Source: Escherichia phage P817
Sequence record: MZ826699.1
Length of the DNA: 50,751 bases
Strand: one strand, 5' to 3'
The notes under the pieces were generated by a model. That model was not told the origin of the DNA, ran no database searches, and was given only the letters and a program-made list of their open reading frames with translations. How positions within the stretch are numbered: position 1 is the first letter of the stretch; each line of letters opens with the position of its first letter. Shown here in pieces: positions 1 to 9,438 of the stretch. A program made the position numbers and the translations under genes.

Positions 1-80
1 CCTGCCGTACCTTCACCCTTAAACGTCTTGTTGTAAGAGTCGGTCTTAACGCTTTTTTTACTCATCTGTTTTTCTCCCAA
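1..80 (-). CDS. portal protein, 5' fragment (duplicate of 49385..49464; truncated by window start)
   Basis: Positions 1-1367 match 49385-50751; region corresponds to the first ~26 codons of the portal ORF 48187..49464. Confidence 0.6.
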   Translation of the reverse strand, partial: MGEKQMSKKSVKTDSYNKTFKGEGTA

Positions 81-87
81 TAAAAAA

Positions 88-108
88 GGCTAGGTTGTTA
101 GCCTAGCC
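88..108 (-). terminator. stem-loop GGCTAGG-N7-CCTAGCC with T-run between terL stop and portal start (second copy about 49472..49492)
   Basis: Perfect 7-bp inverted repeat; rc of A6 at 82-87 gives a U-tract on the minus strand. Confidence 0.35.
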
Positions 109-116
109 ATTATACA

Positions 117-1703
117 TTATTTGCGCATTCCCGCTAATCGTTTCATTCGTGCTACCGGATCATCAAGCAAGTTCATTTCGAAGTTGCCAGCATCAACAAC
201 GTTATCCACGATGTCGTCGTGAGGATGGCTATCGTCAAAGGTGAAGCCGACCAGTTCCGCTTCCATTTCAGTAAGCATTGGGTGTGATTCAGGAAACACG
301 ATTCGCCCTGCTTTCATGATTGGTGCTGCGTCCATTGCACGCGTAACTTTATCGGTATCTCGCTGCACTGGCGTGATGTCAATCGGAAGCTTCTTGTTGA
401 TTGACTGAATCAGGCCCGTACCGCTCGCCTTGTCTTCAATGTAAACCTTGCGTAGTGACGTCTTGTTCTCCTTCGCCCACTTGAAGCAGTTTCCGTAAAA
501 GTTAAGAGCCATCGTTTCAAGGTCCGGCGCTTCCCACTTACCGCGAATGCCGTCTATGAAATATACGCGATCCTTATACTTGCCCCACAAAACAAAGACG
601 CTGTAGTCGTGTATTTCCTCTGCCTTCTGCGCTGTATCCGCAGTGGTGAACAGGTATTCGAAGCGATCCGGTTTTGGCATGTTGGCTTTTTCGCCGTCGC
701 CGTAATACTGGAACCAGTCAGACTTAAACGCGTTACCACCAAGCGCGATGGGCTTCTGCTGATACTGTGATTCAAACGTGTAAAGGTCAGCTTCGCGCAA
801 CGCCAGCAGGCTCTCCGCGCTCTCCTTTGCAGGCCAGAAAGAGAAGTGCTCAACCCCGTCAATCATTACAGATGGAGAGGATAGCACGTCTCTGTCAAAT
901 TCCTCTTTCAACCAGTCAGGAAGCGTGTCTCTGTATTCCTCAGTTACCAGCGCCGGAATGATTACCTGCTCAAACTTCATGCCACCCATACCGCCATTCA
1001 TCAGGAACCACGTCGAGTCGTTAACGTGCAGTCGCTGCTGCACAACAACGCATGGCGTTCTGTCAGTCATACGACGTGATCGCACGGTGTTTTTTAGCAG
1101 TGTATGAGCCGCCTTGCGCTTAACGGACGAATACATGTCTTTCGGTTTGTCGGGGTCATCAAGCGTTAACATTCCGGTAAAGCTCCAGGGTTTACTGGGG
1201 TCTTCCATGTACCCGCCACGCTTACCAGTTACCTGGCCGCCGATCGCACGTGATGTTAACGTCAGCCACGCCTTATCGTTATCGTTAAGTGCGGTAATAT
1301 CGCCACCGGACGCCTTAGCAAGTTTGGTAGGCCATAGCTCCTGGAACTCATCGCAACCGATAATCTCACGCGTCCTGATCCCGTTATCCTTCACCAGACT
1401 GTCAGAGAACGAAAGGTTAAGATTTCGAACCTTCGGACTCTTTAACATTCCGTAAACTGGCATGTGGATAGAGAAGATCTCAGTCTTACCGGAGCCTGGC
1501 GTGATGTTGAATATCACGTTCTGCGCCTCGCCTTTGATGATCTGCTCAACCTTCCAGCAAAGGTAAGTGAAGTGCCAGTTGCTTTGGAACTTCTGAGCCT
1601 GCCCGATCTGGAACCAGATTCTCAACATCTTTTCGAATGACTGCTCAGATAGCGCCTTTATTGCCTGCTTTCTTGCAAGGTCGAGATCTTCCCACTGGAT
1701 CAT
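117..1703 (-). CDS. terL: terminase large subunit
   Basis: 528-aa ORF; P-loop-like NITPGSGKTE; sits between a small-terminase-sized ORF and the portal at the head of the structural operon. Confidence 0.8.
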   Translation of the reverse strand: MIQWEDLDLARKQAIKALSEQSFEKMLRIWFQIGQAQKFQSNWHFTYLCWKVEQIIKGEAQNVIFNITPGSGKTEIFSIHMPVYGMLKSPKVRNLNLSFSDSLVKDNGIRTREIIGCDEFQELWPTKLAKASGGDITALNDNDKAWLTLTSRAIGGQVTGKRGGYMEDPSKPWSFTGMLTLDDPDKPKDMYSSVKRKAAHTLLKNTVRSRRMTDRTPCVVVQQRLHVNDSTWFLMNGGMGGMKFEQVIIPALVTEEYRDTLPDWLKEEFDRDVLSSPSVMIDGVEHFSFWPAKESAESLLALREADLYTFESQYQQKPIALGGNAFKSDWFQYYGDGEKANMPKPDRFEYLFTTADTAQKAEEIHDYSVFVLWGKYKDRVYFIDGIRGKWEAPDLETMALNFYGNCFKWAKENKTSLRKVYIEDKASGTGLIQSINKKLPIDITPVQRDTDKVTRAMDAAPIMKAGRIVFPESHPMLTEMEAELVGFTFDDSHPHDDIVDNVVDAGNFEMNLLDDPVARMKRLAGMRK

Positions 1704-2236
1704 AATTCCCCCAAAATATCCTTGACGGCTTCTTTAAATTCATCAGTAGTTACTGACACCGCGCCAGCCGATACGTTGTTCTGCACGTTGACTTCTGCTG
1801 CCTTGTCGATACCAATGTCTTTACCTACGAATCCAGCATTGATAAGGTTGGACGCAGCAAGCTGATATTTCTGTTCAATGATTACTGAGTCAATGAACTC
1901 CATTACCTCAGAGAATCCAGGTGACGCGCGCCAGCTTTGGATCGCACCGGAGGTAACGCCGCAATAAAGCTGGAATCCGTTGAGCGTGAACACTCGCGGC
2001 TTATGCACTAAGTTCTCGGTGACAACACCCTGGAAGCTCGCCGTTTCGATTGCCTTGATTGCCTGGTCCTCGGCCCATGAGAAATACTTAACCGCCAGGT
2101 TGAATACAGTCTCAGGCGTCATTGGGTGGCGGTGGCTCAGGTTGGCGATATCGCCATACTTTTTATTGTACAGCTCTTTGAAGTTACCAATGCGCACCTT
2201 CTCTTGAGCGGTGCTGGTGAAGTTTTCATCTTTCAT
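1700..2236 (-). CDS. terminase small subunit (putative)
   Basis: 178-aa ORF immediately upstream of terL with 4-bp overlap; first gene after terminator and promoter-like sequence. Confidence 0.5.
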   Translation of the reverse strand: MKDENFTSTAQEKVRIGNFKELYNKKYGDIANLSHRHPMTPETVFNLAVKYFSWAEDQAIKAIETASFQGVVTENLVHKPRVFTLNGFQLYCGVTSGAIQSWRASPGFSEVMEFIDSVIIEQKYQLAASNLINAGFVGKDIGIDKAAEVNVQNNVSAGAVSVTTDEFKEAVKDILGEL

Positions 2237-2265
2237 GGTTTCATCCTCTTGTTGAATAGGAAGGA

Positions 2266-2274
2266 ATTATACCA
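2266..2274 (-). promoter_or_regulatory. candidate late promoter, extended -10 (TGGTATAAT) upstream of terS
   Basis: rc of attatacca; lies between a terminator and the terS start; no good -35. Confidence 0.3.
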
Positions 2275-2285
2275 GATTGCAGGCA

Positions 2286-2309
2286 TAAAAAAAGCACCCC
2301 GAAGGATGC
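2286..2309 (-). terminator. intrinsic terminator (GCATCC-TTCG-GGGTGC + T7) downstream of ORF 2319..2540
   Basis: GC stem-loop followed by U-tract on minus strand. Confidence 0.55.
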
Positions 2310-2318
2310 TTAAATGAA

Positions 2319-2540
2319 TCAATCAACGTATTTGATGGCCCCAGGCTTCCGCCCCGATCGAATGTCGTTAATCTCGTTGAACACAGAGATAAACTTGCCG
2401 GATACGCGCCACTGCTTTTTCTTCTCATCGTATCGAGCTTGAGCGAACTGACCTCGCTTAATTAACTTGGCTACCCATGAGCAAGATAATGAAATGATCA
2501 GGACGGAAGCGAAAATAAAACCATAAATAAACGTCAGCAT
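2319..2540 (-). CDS. hypothetical small membrane protein
   Basis: 73 aa; hydrophobic N-terminal segment FIYGFIFASVLIISL. Confidence 0.4.
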   Translation of the reverse strand: MLTFIYGFIFASVLIISLSCSWVAKLIKRGQFAQARYDEKKKQWRVSGKFISVFNEINDIRSGRKPGAIKYVD

Positions 2541-2731
2541 GAAATACCCCTTACATAATTAACTAAAAATTTATGAGTCGTTGTATCGACTCCGCTCATT
2601 TCCTTCACCTTTGAAACGGCTTCTTCGGCGCTACTGGCCTCAACCTTTGCTTCAAAGTTTTGCTTACAAGATGCGCATGTGCGCCCCATTAGCAAAATAG
2701 TTAGCTTGACCTCAAACATATCAAACCTCAT
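2534..2731 (-). CDS. hypothetical protein
   Basis: 65-aa ORF in minus-strand early gene string. Confidence 0.35.
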   Translation of the reverse strand: MRFDMFEVKLTILLMGRTCASCKQNFEAKVEASSAEEAVSKVKEMSGVDTTTHKFLVNYVRGISC

Positions 2732-2906
2732 TGTTAGGTCCGGTTACGGAGTCCGGCGGGCTTTCACAATGCCCCGATTTTTTTTTGCGACTTACACTTT
2801 GCTTTTGGCGATGCGCTATTTCAATTTGCGGCTTACGAACCGCTCGTTGCCACTTGGTGGCCTCGTCTGTTTACGAGATTAAAGATACCAGTCAGTGAGA
2901 TGGCTG

Positions 2907-3101
2907 TCAATCAACTTTTTTAAAAGTTCCATACGTCGGGCAAACAGGGTAGTCGATCGCGACCTTGTTCCCCTCGTCACTGTAGACGTAAACGTATCCC
3001 TGGGAATCAACTTTTTCCACTGTGTACTCGCAGCCAGTAAAGAACTCATAACCGCGCGCGCCGATACACTTGATCACGTCACCCTTCTTGATCTTACTCA
3101 T
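2907..3101 (-). CDS. hypothetical protein (start adjusted to MSKIKKGD, RBS GGAGAA)
   Basis: ORF-track frame 2907..3164; internal ATG with good RBS. Confidence 0.4.
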   Translation of the reverse strand: MSKIKKGDVIKCIGARGYEFFTGCEYTVEKVDSQGYVYVYSDEGNKVAIDYPVCPTYGTFKKVD

Positions 3102-3333
3102 AGATACTTTCTCCGTTTTCACGTTTGCCAACCAGCCCCTTAAGATAACCAGCAATCCACACAAATTTGTCGCGCGATATAATGGTCGCTACGGCCTCAT
3201 GGTGCTTGGTAATAATTGAGGCAACCATCTTATCATCTTTGCGATCTTTCTTGCTCAGGGTGGCATACGCTGCGTTTAATTGCTTGGCCTTGGCCTTTAC
3301 TGCGTTCATCTGCGGATCGGTTAATCCAAACAT
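3094..3333 (-). CDS. hypothetical protein
   Basis: 79-aa ORF, overlaps neighbours in operon fashion. Confidence 0.4.
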   Translation of the reverse strand: MFGLTDPQMNAVKAKAKQLNAAYATLSKKDRKDDKMVASIITKHHEAVATIISRDKFVWIAGYLKGLVGKRENGESIYE

Positions 3334-3659
3334 TATTCGTAAACCTCATCAATGATTTCGCTGATCTTGTTCATGGTGTCAACCTTGGCGCAATCCCATT
3401 CCGGTGAGCCTGGTTCTTCCCATGGTCCGCCAGGGCCGTGACACGTCATGTTGTCGATAAGTTCCGACACTTCGCTTTCCAGAACATTGCGCATGTGCTC
3501 AATCTGCCAGCATTCAACCGAGTCTTCTGCGTCGCGGTAAGCCTTGAACTCACCGCCGAGAACTTTTTGAGCTGCTTCGGCTGATTCCTTAGTTTCGTGA
3601 ACGGTCCGGCGAATCTCTTTACCGAACTTGCCAACGCCATAAGTGTGAATGTAAATCAT
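3333..3659 (-). CDS. hypothetical protein
   Basis: 108-aa ORF. Confidence 0.45.
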   Translation of the reverse strand: MIYIHTYGVGKFGKEIRRTVHETKESAEAAQKVLGGEFKAYRDAEDSVECWQIEHMRNVLESEVSELIDNMTCHGPGGPWEEPGSPEWDCAKVDTMNKISEIIDEVYE

Positions 3660-3868
3660 TCTTCGATCACCTTATATTCATTTTCGCTAATGCTGATTTC
3701 GTTGCCAACATGCACGAACTCTGTTTCACGGATAGCTTGGATTGAAAGGTCGCCGTCCTTGTATTTACCTGACACTTCGATTACGTCGCCGACTTTAAAG
3801 CCGCAATCTTCCAGAGTAAGAGCATCGTCATCAGTGATATAGTCAACGTCGATAATTTCAATTTTCAT
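3656..3868 (-). CDS. hypothetical acidic protein
   Basis: 70 aa, Asp/Glu-rich; preceded by box/stem-loop/box module and RBS. Confidence 0.45.
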   Translation of the reverse strand: MKIEIIDVDYITDDDALTLEDCGFKVGDVIEVSGKYKDGDLSIQAIRETEFVHVGNEISISENEYKVIEE

Positions 3869-4112
3869 TTCTGCTTCCTCGTTCGTTTCGATGGGGTAAC
3901 TATACAGCTACCCCGATTATGAGTTTTAACAAAAAGTGCTATCGTTGGTGATTTCGTGCAATCTTTTTCAACGCCAACCATATTTTAAAGCTGAAAATTT
4001 CAGGTTTTGTGAATCGTCGCTTCCCGTACTGTCGGCAAAGGCGGCGAACTCGTCGCTTATCAATCCACAGGTCAGTAATTATCTTTTCTGATTTGATTAG
4101 CTTCATGACTAT

Positions 4113-4272
4113 TACCCTTCGTTTTCGTCAAATTGTTGATTGTTGATCTGAGAGCGAACCTCTTTAACCATCTCTGAGAACTCATCGGCTGTGCACTGCA
4201 TAGTCTGAGTGGCCAGTAGTTGCTTAAGGATGACGGCTTGCTTATCTGACAGGTTGATAGTAATCATTTTCC
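4113..4272 (-). CDS. hypothetical small protein (about 52 aa, [10 protein letters not shown]...)
   Basis: Read by eye from reverse complement; below ORF-track cutoff. Confidence 0.25.
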
Positions 4273-4429
4273 AAGCACCCCTTTTGTTTTCAGATTGTGG
4301 CGGTAGAGCTGCATAACATGCCCATTGTGATGATTGCTTGATGGATACTCTTTCATATCGCTTTCCTCTCGTTTGGTGTGAACTAACTATAACAAAACCC
4401 GCCGGAGCGGGTTTAGCAATTCGTGCTAT

Positions 4430-5047
4430 TTACCAAGGAATATCATCGGCCCACTCGTCGATTGCAGGACGGATACCACAGGCGCGAACAACCGCCAGGA
4501 CGCCACCTTCAATATCACCATTCACAAGATGCACGTCATGCTCGTTATATTTCTTGTAATCAGAAAAATGCGATTCCTTTATGCGAATGTAATCACGGCT
4601 ATCTCCCGCGAATGTCTTGCCATCCATGAACAGGCGGACCAGGGTAACATCGTGACCATCTTCAACGAGCCTGATCACTTCATCGGGGAATCCGCCATCA
4701 GTACACACAAAGCTGAATCCTTCATCACACAGTCGGATATGTTCACTCATCAGCTTACCGAATTGCTGATTGCCAAAGAGTGGCTTAACTACCGTCTCGC
4801 TAATCCAGATCATGAACTCACGGCAGGTCTTGCCACCAAGAAAGCTCTGAGGCTGTTCTTTCTGATCTCGGTCATCGTATGCAGTGATGAACTTTGAGAA
4901 ATCTCTGGCACCAAGGATGGATGCTGCAATCTCAAACATCGGACGCTTGAAGCTGGTCGGGATGCAATTGTAATCTGCTGCCAGTGCATTGCCGATCGTG
5001 TCTTTACCTACGGCAGCAGGGCCGTTTAGAATGATAATCTTTGACAT
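4430..5047 (-). CDS. P-loop kinase, polynucleotide 5'-kinase-like
   Basis: Walker A LNGPAAVGKDT at N-terminus (start taken at MSKIIIL with RBS AGGAAT); adjacent to HAD phosphatase gene. Confidence 0.55.
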   Translation of the reverse strand: MSKIIILNGPAAVGKDTIGNALAADYNCIPTSFKRPMFEIAASILGARDFSKFITAYDDRDQKEQPQSFLGGKTCREFMIWISETVVKPLFGNQQFGKLMSEHIRLCDEGFSFVCTDGGFPDEVIRLVEDGHDVTLVRLFMDGKTFAGDSRDYIRIKESHFSDYKKYNEHDVHLVNGDIEGGVLAVVRACGIRPAIDEWADDIPW

Positions 5048-5096
5048 TTTGATATTCCTGAGTAGTGGGCGCAATGTGCGCCCGTTAAGTTTATTT

Positions 5097-5714
5097 TTAT
5101 TTACCGCTTACGAGATTGCATTTTTTGCACTGGCGAACACCATGCGGAGGTAGCGGATCGCTAAATTCGTGCTCGCAAACTTTCTCTACGCCGTGAGACT
5201 TAAGGCCGGAGTGCACGCTGTCTCCATAGTCACACACCTGATAGGTAGTGATGCCGAGGCTTCGGAAGTGCGCGATAACGTTAGGACTATCATCAAAGGC
5301 CGCGGTGATGCGGTGCAAGCCAATGTATCGTAAAAATTCTTCCTTGATGATCGTATCCTTGCGATTGTCATCAGCCTGGCGCATGACAAGAACGTTGTAT
5401 TTAGCGCCAGCATCATACAGCCATTGCGTTGATTCTTCAACAACTGCATCCGATCGACCAGTAAGTACGATGATGAAAGCGCCGGAAGCGAACAGGCCAT
5501 TCATTACGTCAATCGTTTCCTGGAATGGCGTGTCGAACTTGCTAAGAGAGTTAAATTCAAGCCACGACTCGGTGAGGTGTAAATCCTTGGTCGGCAGCTT
5601 ATGCAGGCGGTGAGTTCCGTCTGACAGAGTGCCATCGTAATCAAAGATGTAAACTTTCTTGTTTACTGCTACCGTTTCAAGGTGATGCTTAATCATGGTG
5701 TAAAGCTGGTTCAT
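5097..5714 (-). CDS. HAD-superfamily phosphatase, polynucleotide 3'-phosphatase-like
   Basis: HAD motif I FDYDGTL near N-terminus; 205 aa. Confidence 0.6.
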   Translation of the reverse strand: MNQLYTMIKHHLETVAVNKKVYIFDYDGTLSDGTHRLHKLPTKDLHLTESWLEFNSLSKFDTPFQETIDVMNGLFASGAFIIVLTGRSDAVVEESTQWLYDAGAKYNVLVMRQADDNRKDTIIKEEFLRYIGLHRITAAFDDSPNVIAHFRSLGITTYQVCDYGDSVHSGLKSHGVEKVCEHEFSDPLPPHGVRQCKKCNLVSGK

Positions 5715-5786
5715 TTTTAACTTCCTTTCGTGTGGTTGGTGTGGGGATTATACCAGTCAGGATGAATCCCCTTTTAACAAAAAGTG

Positions 5787-6590
5787 CTATTTGATATAGA
5801 ACTGAGCCACTACGCCACCATCAGGATTTGTGATTGCGTATGCGTCACCGATCGTTGCCTTGGCATTCATAACCTTACCAATTCTCCTGGCATTCCAGCG
5901 ATAATCTCCTTTTAAATCAGAGACGAATGCATCTTGTACGATATTAATAATGCTCGGCTCACACCCTGTCTCACATTCATCAACTTCATACTCATACTCA
6001 CAACCGTTGATAAACATATTTCCGTTAACATGGTAGCAAACAGCCACCTTGCGATCGCGTGCTGATTCACATTCACCAACCGCCCATACGTGATTATCGC
6101 TATAACCGTAACCGCAGCTTCGTGGTTCCATTTTCGCGGTTGACATGTTAAGCGCCTTGCCTTCACCGAAATTGCTACCGAAAGTGAACTTGGCATCTTT
6201 CGTCAGGTAATCAAACTTTGCGCCATCATCTACGACGGTTTTCCCTGGGCCAGCCGCAAGCTCATTCACGAATGCATCGACAGTGCTGTGACACGGATCG
6301 CCATTGTACTTAGGCAAATCCTTGAACAATTGCTCACATGCTTCGTGCACCAGCTTACCTACAGCTTCTTTGATTGCCTGCTCAACATGGTCAGCGATAA
6401 TCGACGGTGCAGAAATTTGATGTTTTTGAGTCGATTCTAAGGCCTTTAAACGTGCCTGTAAGGAATCGATTTCTTTTTTATGCATTGCGTAGGATACCCA
6501 CGCTCCATCGTCGCAGGATTGCATTCCGACGCCGTGAATATTGACGCTGGTTGGCACTGACACAGGGATATAACGGTTGATGCTGTTCAT
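5787..6590 (-). CDS. hypothetical Cys-rich protein
   Basis: 267-aa ORF; C-terminal half rich in Cys/Glu/Tyr (CEYEYEVDECETGCEP). Confidence 0.5.
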   Translation of the reverse strand: MNSINRYIPVSVPTSVNIHGVGMQSCDDGAWVSYAMHKKEIDSLQARLKALESTQKHQISAPSIIADHVEQAIKEAVGKLVHEACEQLFKDLPKYNGDPCHSTVDAFVNELAAGPGKTVVDDGAKFDYLTKDAKFTFGSNFGEGKALNMSTAKMEPRSCGYGYSDNHVWAVGECESARDRKVAVCYHVNGNMFINGCEYEYEVDECETGCEPSIINIVQDAFVSDLKGDYRWNARRIGKVMNAKATIGDAYAITNPDGGVVAQFYIK

Positions 6591-6671
6591 ATGTGATTCC
6601 TCAGTTGGTTTGTGTTCACTTGACAGGAGACACTATAGCTAATGTCTCCGAGCAAGTTTTAACAAAAAGTG

Positions 6672-6890
6672 CTATTCGATGAATCCGGCGCGAATTGCAG
6701 TTTCAAGTGTGACATACTGCTTAGCCGTCAGTGATGAGTGATAGGTAAAGATGCCAGCCTGGATACCCTTTACCAACTGATCCTGCGTAATGCCTGAGAT
6801 ATTAATAATCCCGTATCCGCCACCAGTGCGCAGGACCACATCGCCGACCGCACAAAATTCAATGCCTTTACTGTTAGTGTAGACTTGCAT
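6672..6890 (-). CDS. hypothetical protein
   Basis: 72 aa; stop codon overlaps intergenic box. Confidence 0.4.
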   Translation of the reverse strand: MQVYTNSKGIEFCAVGDVVLRTGGGYGIINISGITQDQLVKGIQAGIFTYHSSLTAKQYVTLETAIRAGFIE

Positions 6891-7255
6891 TTTTTAACCC
6901 CTTAACCTGATATGCCGTTCTTGTGCGAATGGCTGTTACTAAATGAGTTAATACTGACGCCTGGCTTAAAGCCTTAAACCATCGACCTGCGGTTTTTGAA
7001 TAGATGTATCCAGTGCCGCAAACTACGGCAAACCACATGCCATTACGCATAAAAACTATTGGCTTCAACGGGATCATAATCATTGCTCCTTCAAGGCACG
7101 GTAGGCTTTTCTCACCACGCCGTACGCAATGACCAGAGGCCAAGCGGCAGCAATGATGAATAAGTCAGATTGCTTGTTCTCGCTATTGCGTACCTCGTCG
7201 GCAATTGCATAAACCGGAACAGCGCCCAGGATGTAAAGCACGATGCATAAAATAA

Positions 7256-7642
7256 TCATAAGTAACCCTTCCCTACAGTTTCGCCAACTTCACGTGATGC
7301 CTTTAACTTGTTCCAGAAATCGAACGGGCCGACTGGCTCCCATGAGTTTGCAGGGATGTGCGGCTCTGATTCGCGAACAATTCCATTCCACCAACCAAGC
7401 TCAGTATCGCTATTGCGCTTATATCCGCCACCCATATTGAATACACGATCCAGTTCAGTAGCACCGACAACAACCCGATCCTTGAATACATCCTGAATAA
7501 TTTTAGGCTCATTGCTTATATCTTTAATCTCAACAACCACAGGGTAGTTATCAGGGTTAGATACAACCTCAATCTCATGAGGCTTACGACCTGGTTTCAG
7601 TGAATAGATTGACGGGTTGAGTAAACGTACTTTCATTTGCAA
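7256..7642 (-). CDS. hypothetical protein
   Basis: 128-aa ORF. Confidence 0.45.
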   Translation of the reverse strand: MQMKVRLLNPSIYSLKPGRKPHEIEVVSNPDNYPVVVEIKDISNEPKIIQDVFKDRVVVGATELDRVFNMGGGYKRNSDTELGWWNGIVRESEPHIPANSWEPVGPFDFWNKLKASREVGETVGKGYL

Positions 7643-7717
7643 TTCCTCTTATTGGTTGACTTTGCTTCAATAAGGCCACTATATCAAATGGCCTTGCGGA
7701 AGGTTTAACAAAAAGTG

Positions 7718-7906
7718 CTATTCGAATTTTTCGTTGTGGTGAATGACCTCAGCCACGTAAATCTTTCTCAAGAACCACTCCTGCGTTCCAGTGGAAGTAA
7801 TCTTGTGCATCTTCCATACCTGGTGCCAGGGCAGATACTCAATATCCTCAGCCAGTGCCGTGAACGCTTTGCCGCAGTGAGTGTAAATCGTGGTGTAGTT
7901 AGTCAT
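7718..7906 (-). CDS. hypothetical protein
   Basis: 62-aa ORF preceded by conserved leader GGTATACTTCTTTCATACCAAC. Confidence 0.4.
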   Translation of the reverse strand: MTNYTTIYTHCGKAFTALAEDIEYLPWHQVWKMHKITSTGTQEWFLRKIYVAEVIHHNEKFE

Positions 7907-8069
7907 TTAGTATCTCCCTTGTTGGTATGAAAGAAGTATACCAGTCAGGGAGAATATCGTTTTAGCAATTCGTGCTATTTGACCACAACTAGGAAGATTA
8001 TCACCAGGAACAGAAGCGCCCAGGATAACCCAACAAGAAGCAATTGCAGCACGTCAACTAATTTGAACT

Positions 8070-8387
8070 TCATAGCAGTTCAACCTCATCCTCTGCAAAT
8101 GGCCAGTCGCCTGGTGCCATTCCTTTCTTGCTGAGCGCCGGAAGGAAATCAGCGTCAACCATGTATATCGTACCCTCATCACCTTCTTCATATTTCCAGG
8201 CCATCGCCACTACTGGCAGCTTGCTTTTATCAACGCCCTGATACGGAGACTTGATAATGCGAATCTTAATCATTTCTTCATTGTTCATTGTGGCGCTCCA
8301 TGTAGTCAGCCATTTTGATAAGGTGCTCACCCATTGCTCGGACAGTCGCCGGATCTTGCATTGGGAATGCTCCAGAGTCGTCGTCAA
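8070..8387 (-). CDS. hypothetical protein (true start possibly MNNEEM near 8287)
   Basis: 105-aa ORF overlapping 8278..8484. Confidence 0.3.
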   Translation of the reverse strand: MTTTLEHSQCKIRRLSEQWVSTLSKWLTTWSATMNNEEMIKIRIIKSPYQGVDKSKLPVVAMAWKYEEGDEGTIYMVDADFLPALSKKGMAPGDWPFAEDEVELL

Positions 8388-8484
8388 TAACGATTTCGAC
8401 AGTGACGTTATCGCTATTGGTCATCGTGTCAATCCAGCAATCGTCATCGTCCATATCCTGGAAGCGCTTGCGATCGGTAATCAT
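8278..8484 (-). CDS. hypothetical acidic protein
   Basis: 68 aa, Asp-rich. Confidence 0.35.
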   Translation of the reverse strand: MITDRKRFQDMDDDDCWIDTMTNSDNVTVEIVIDDDSGAFPMQDPATVRAMGEHLIKMADYMERHNEQ

Positions 8485-8711
8485 AAAACCCCCTTCTCAG
8501 CGCGGTGGGCCGATTCCATCAGGTGACACGCCAGTTGGCGCGCCTGGTCTGGCGTGTACACCATGTAACTTGATGCGTCAACATACTCTTCAGGATTGAA
8601 GTCAACGCACACCTTGAATGCAAAACCCTGGGCGCTGCTATGCAGTTTCTTTACCATTACCTCGGCCTGTTCGCCTGAGTCGTCAGCGATGCGTACGGCG
8701 GTTGTGCTCAT
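8481..8711 (-). CDS. small protein, paralog family member A
   Basis: 76 aa; shares VRIxD..QAEV..DF(N/D)PE(E/G)Y..Y(T/S)PD.AR.LA..AEK with ORF 9439..9651. Confidence 0.45.
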   Translation of the reverse strand: MSTTAVRIADDSGEQAEVMVKKLHSSAQGFAFKVCVDFNPEEYVDASSYMVYTPDQARQLACHLMESAHRAEKGVL

Positions 8712-8790
8712 AAATTACCCCTTAGTTGATTGTTTCACTTCAATGAGTGCACTATAGCAAATGCACTCACGGCAGTTTTAACAAAAAGTG

Positions 8791-9081
8791 CTATCGTTCA
8801 TCTTCTCTGGAGCATCCCTTGCCGCAACCATGGCGACCAACTTCCACGATCCCGACACCGCTTAAGCCGATGTATTCCTGACCAGTGTCCTTATCGGTGA
8901 TGACGTATATCGCTCTGACGTTCTCATATGCCAGTTCATCCCTGAACTCCTGAATCTTCACAACCTGGACGCGATCGCTGACATTCACTGGCATCTTCTG
9001 CCGAGCTTCTGAATCTACACGGGTGCTTCCGAAATCACATCCAGCCAGAGCCAGTGCTGCTAATAAAATTAGTTTCTTCAT
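8791..9081 (-). CDS. putative lipoprotein
   Basis: Signal peptide plus lipobox MKKLILLAALALAGC. Confidence 0.5.
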   Translation of the reverse strand: MKKLILLAALALAGCDFGSTRVDSEARQKMPVNVSDRVQVVKIQEFRDELAYENVRAIYVITDKDTGQEYIGLSGVGIVEVGRHGCGKGCSREDER

Positions 9082-9278
9082 TCGATAATCCTCACTACTT
9101 TCTCTTTGCGATGCGGTGCGCCGGACTTATGCAGCCAGTAGCGAGCCTGGGAAAGCTGGCTTGCATGGGACACTGTAACCCACCAGAACAAAGCCACCCG
9201 TTTTTGGACGGCATACCACTTGACCGGATGACCGAAGGCGTTTGTTGTTTCAATCAATGTGATCCTGAATTTACTCAT
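9078..9278 (-). CDS. hypothetical protein
   Basis: 66-aa ORF. Confidence 0.3.
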   Translation of the reverse strand: MSKFRITLIETTNAFGHPVKWYAVQKRVALFWWVTVSHASQLSQARYWLHKSGAPHRKEKVVRIIE

Positions 9279-9438
9279 CCGAAATTGTACTCCTTAATTT
9301 TCTTTGCCGCTCTCATTATGTCATCCAGGCACATTTTATCATCAAGCAAGTCAGCTAACGCCGCTCCGTCATCACTGCCTGACTCTAGAATCTCGGCGAT
9401 CCTGATTATCGAGATGCACTCATCGTGAGTTAGCTTAT

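Noticed and set aside
554-1455. ORFs 554..862 (-), 767..961 (+), 925..1107 (+), 1114..1455 (+) inside or antisense to terL
   Set aside because: Nested in or opposite the 528-aa terminase ORF; Arg/Ser/Pro-rich translations typical of out-of-frame reads; no RBS context.
2126-3407. Plus-strand ORFs (1980..2207, 2126..2317, 2679..2882, 2895..3143, 3167..3355, 3216..3407) in the minus-strand early gene string
   Set aside because: All are antisense to better-supported minus-strand ORFs with RBSs and operon-style overlaps.
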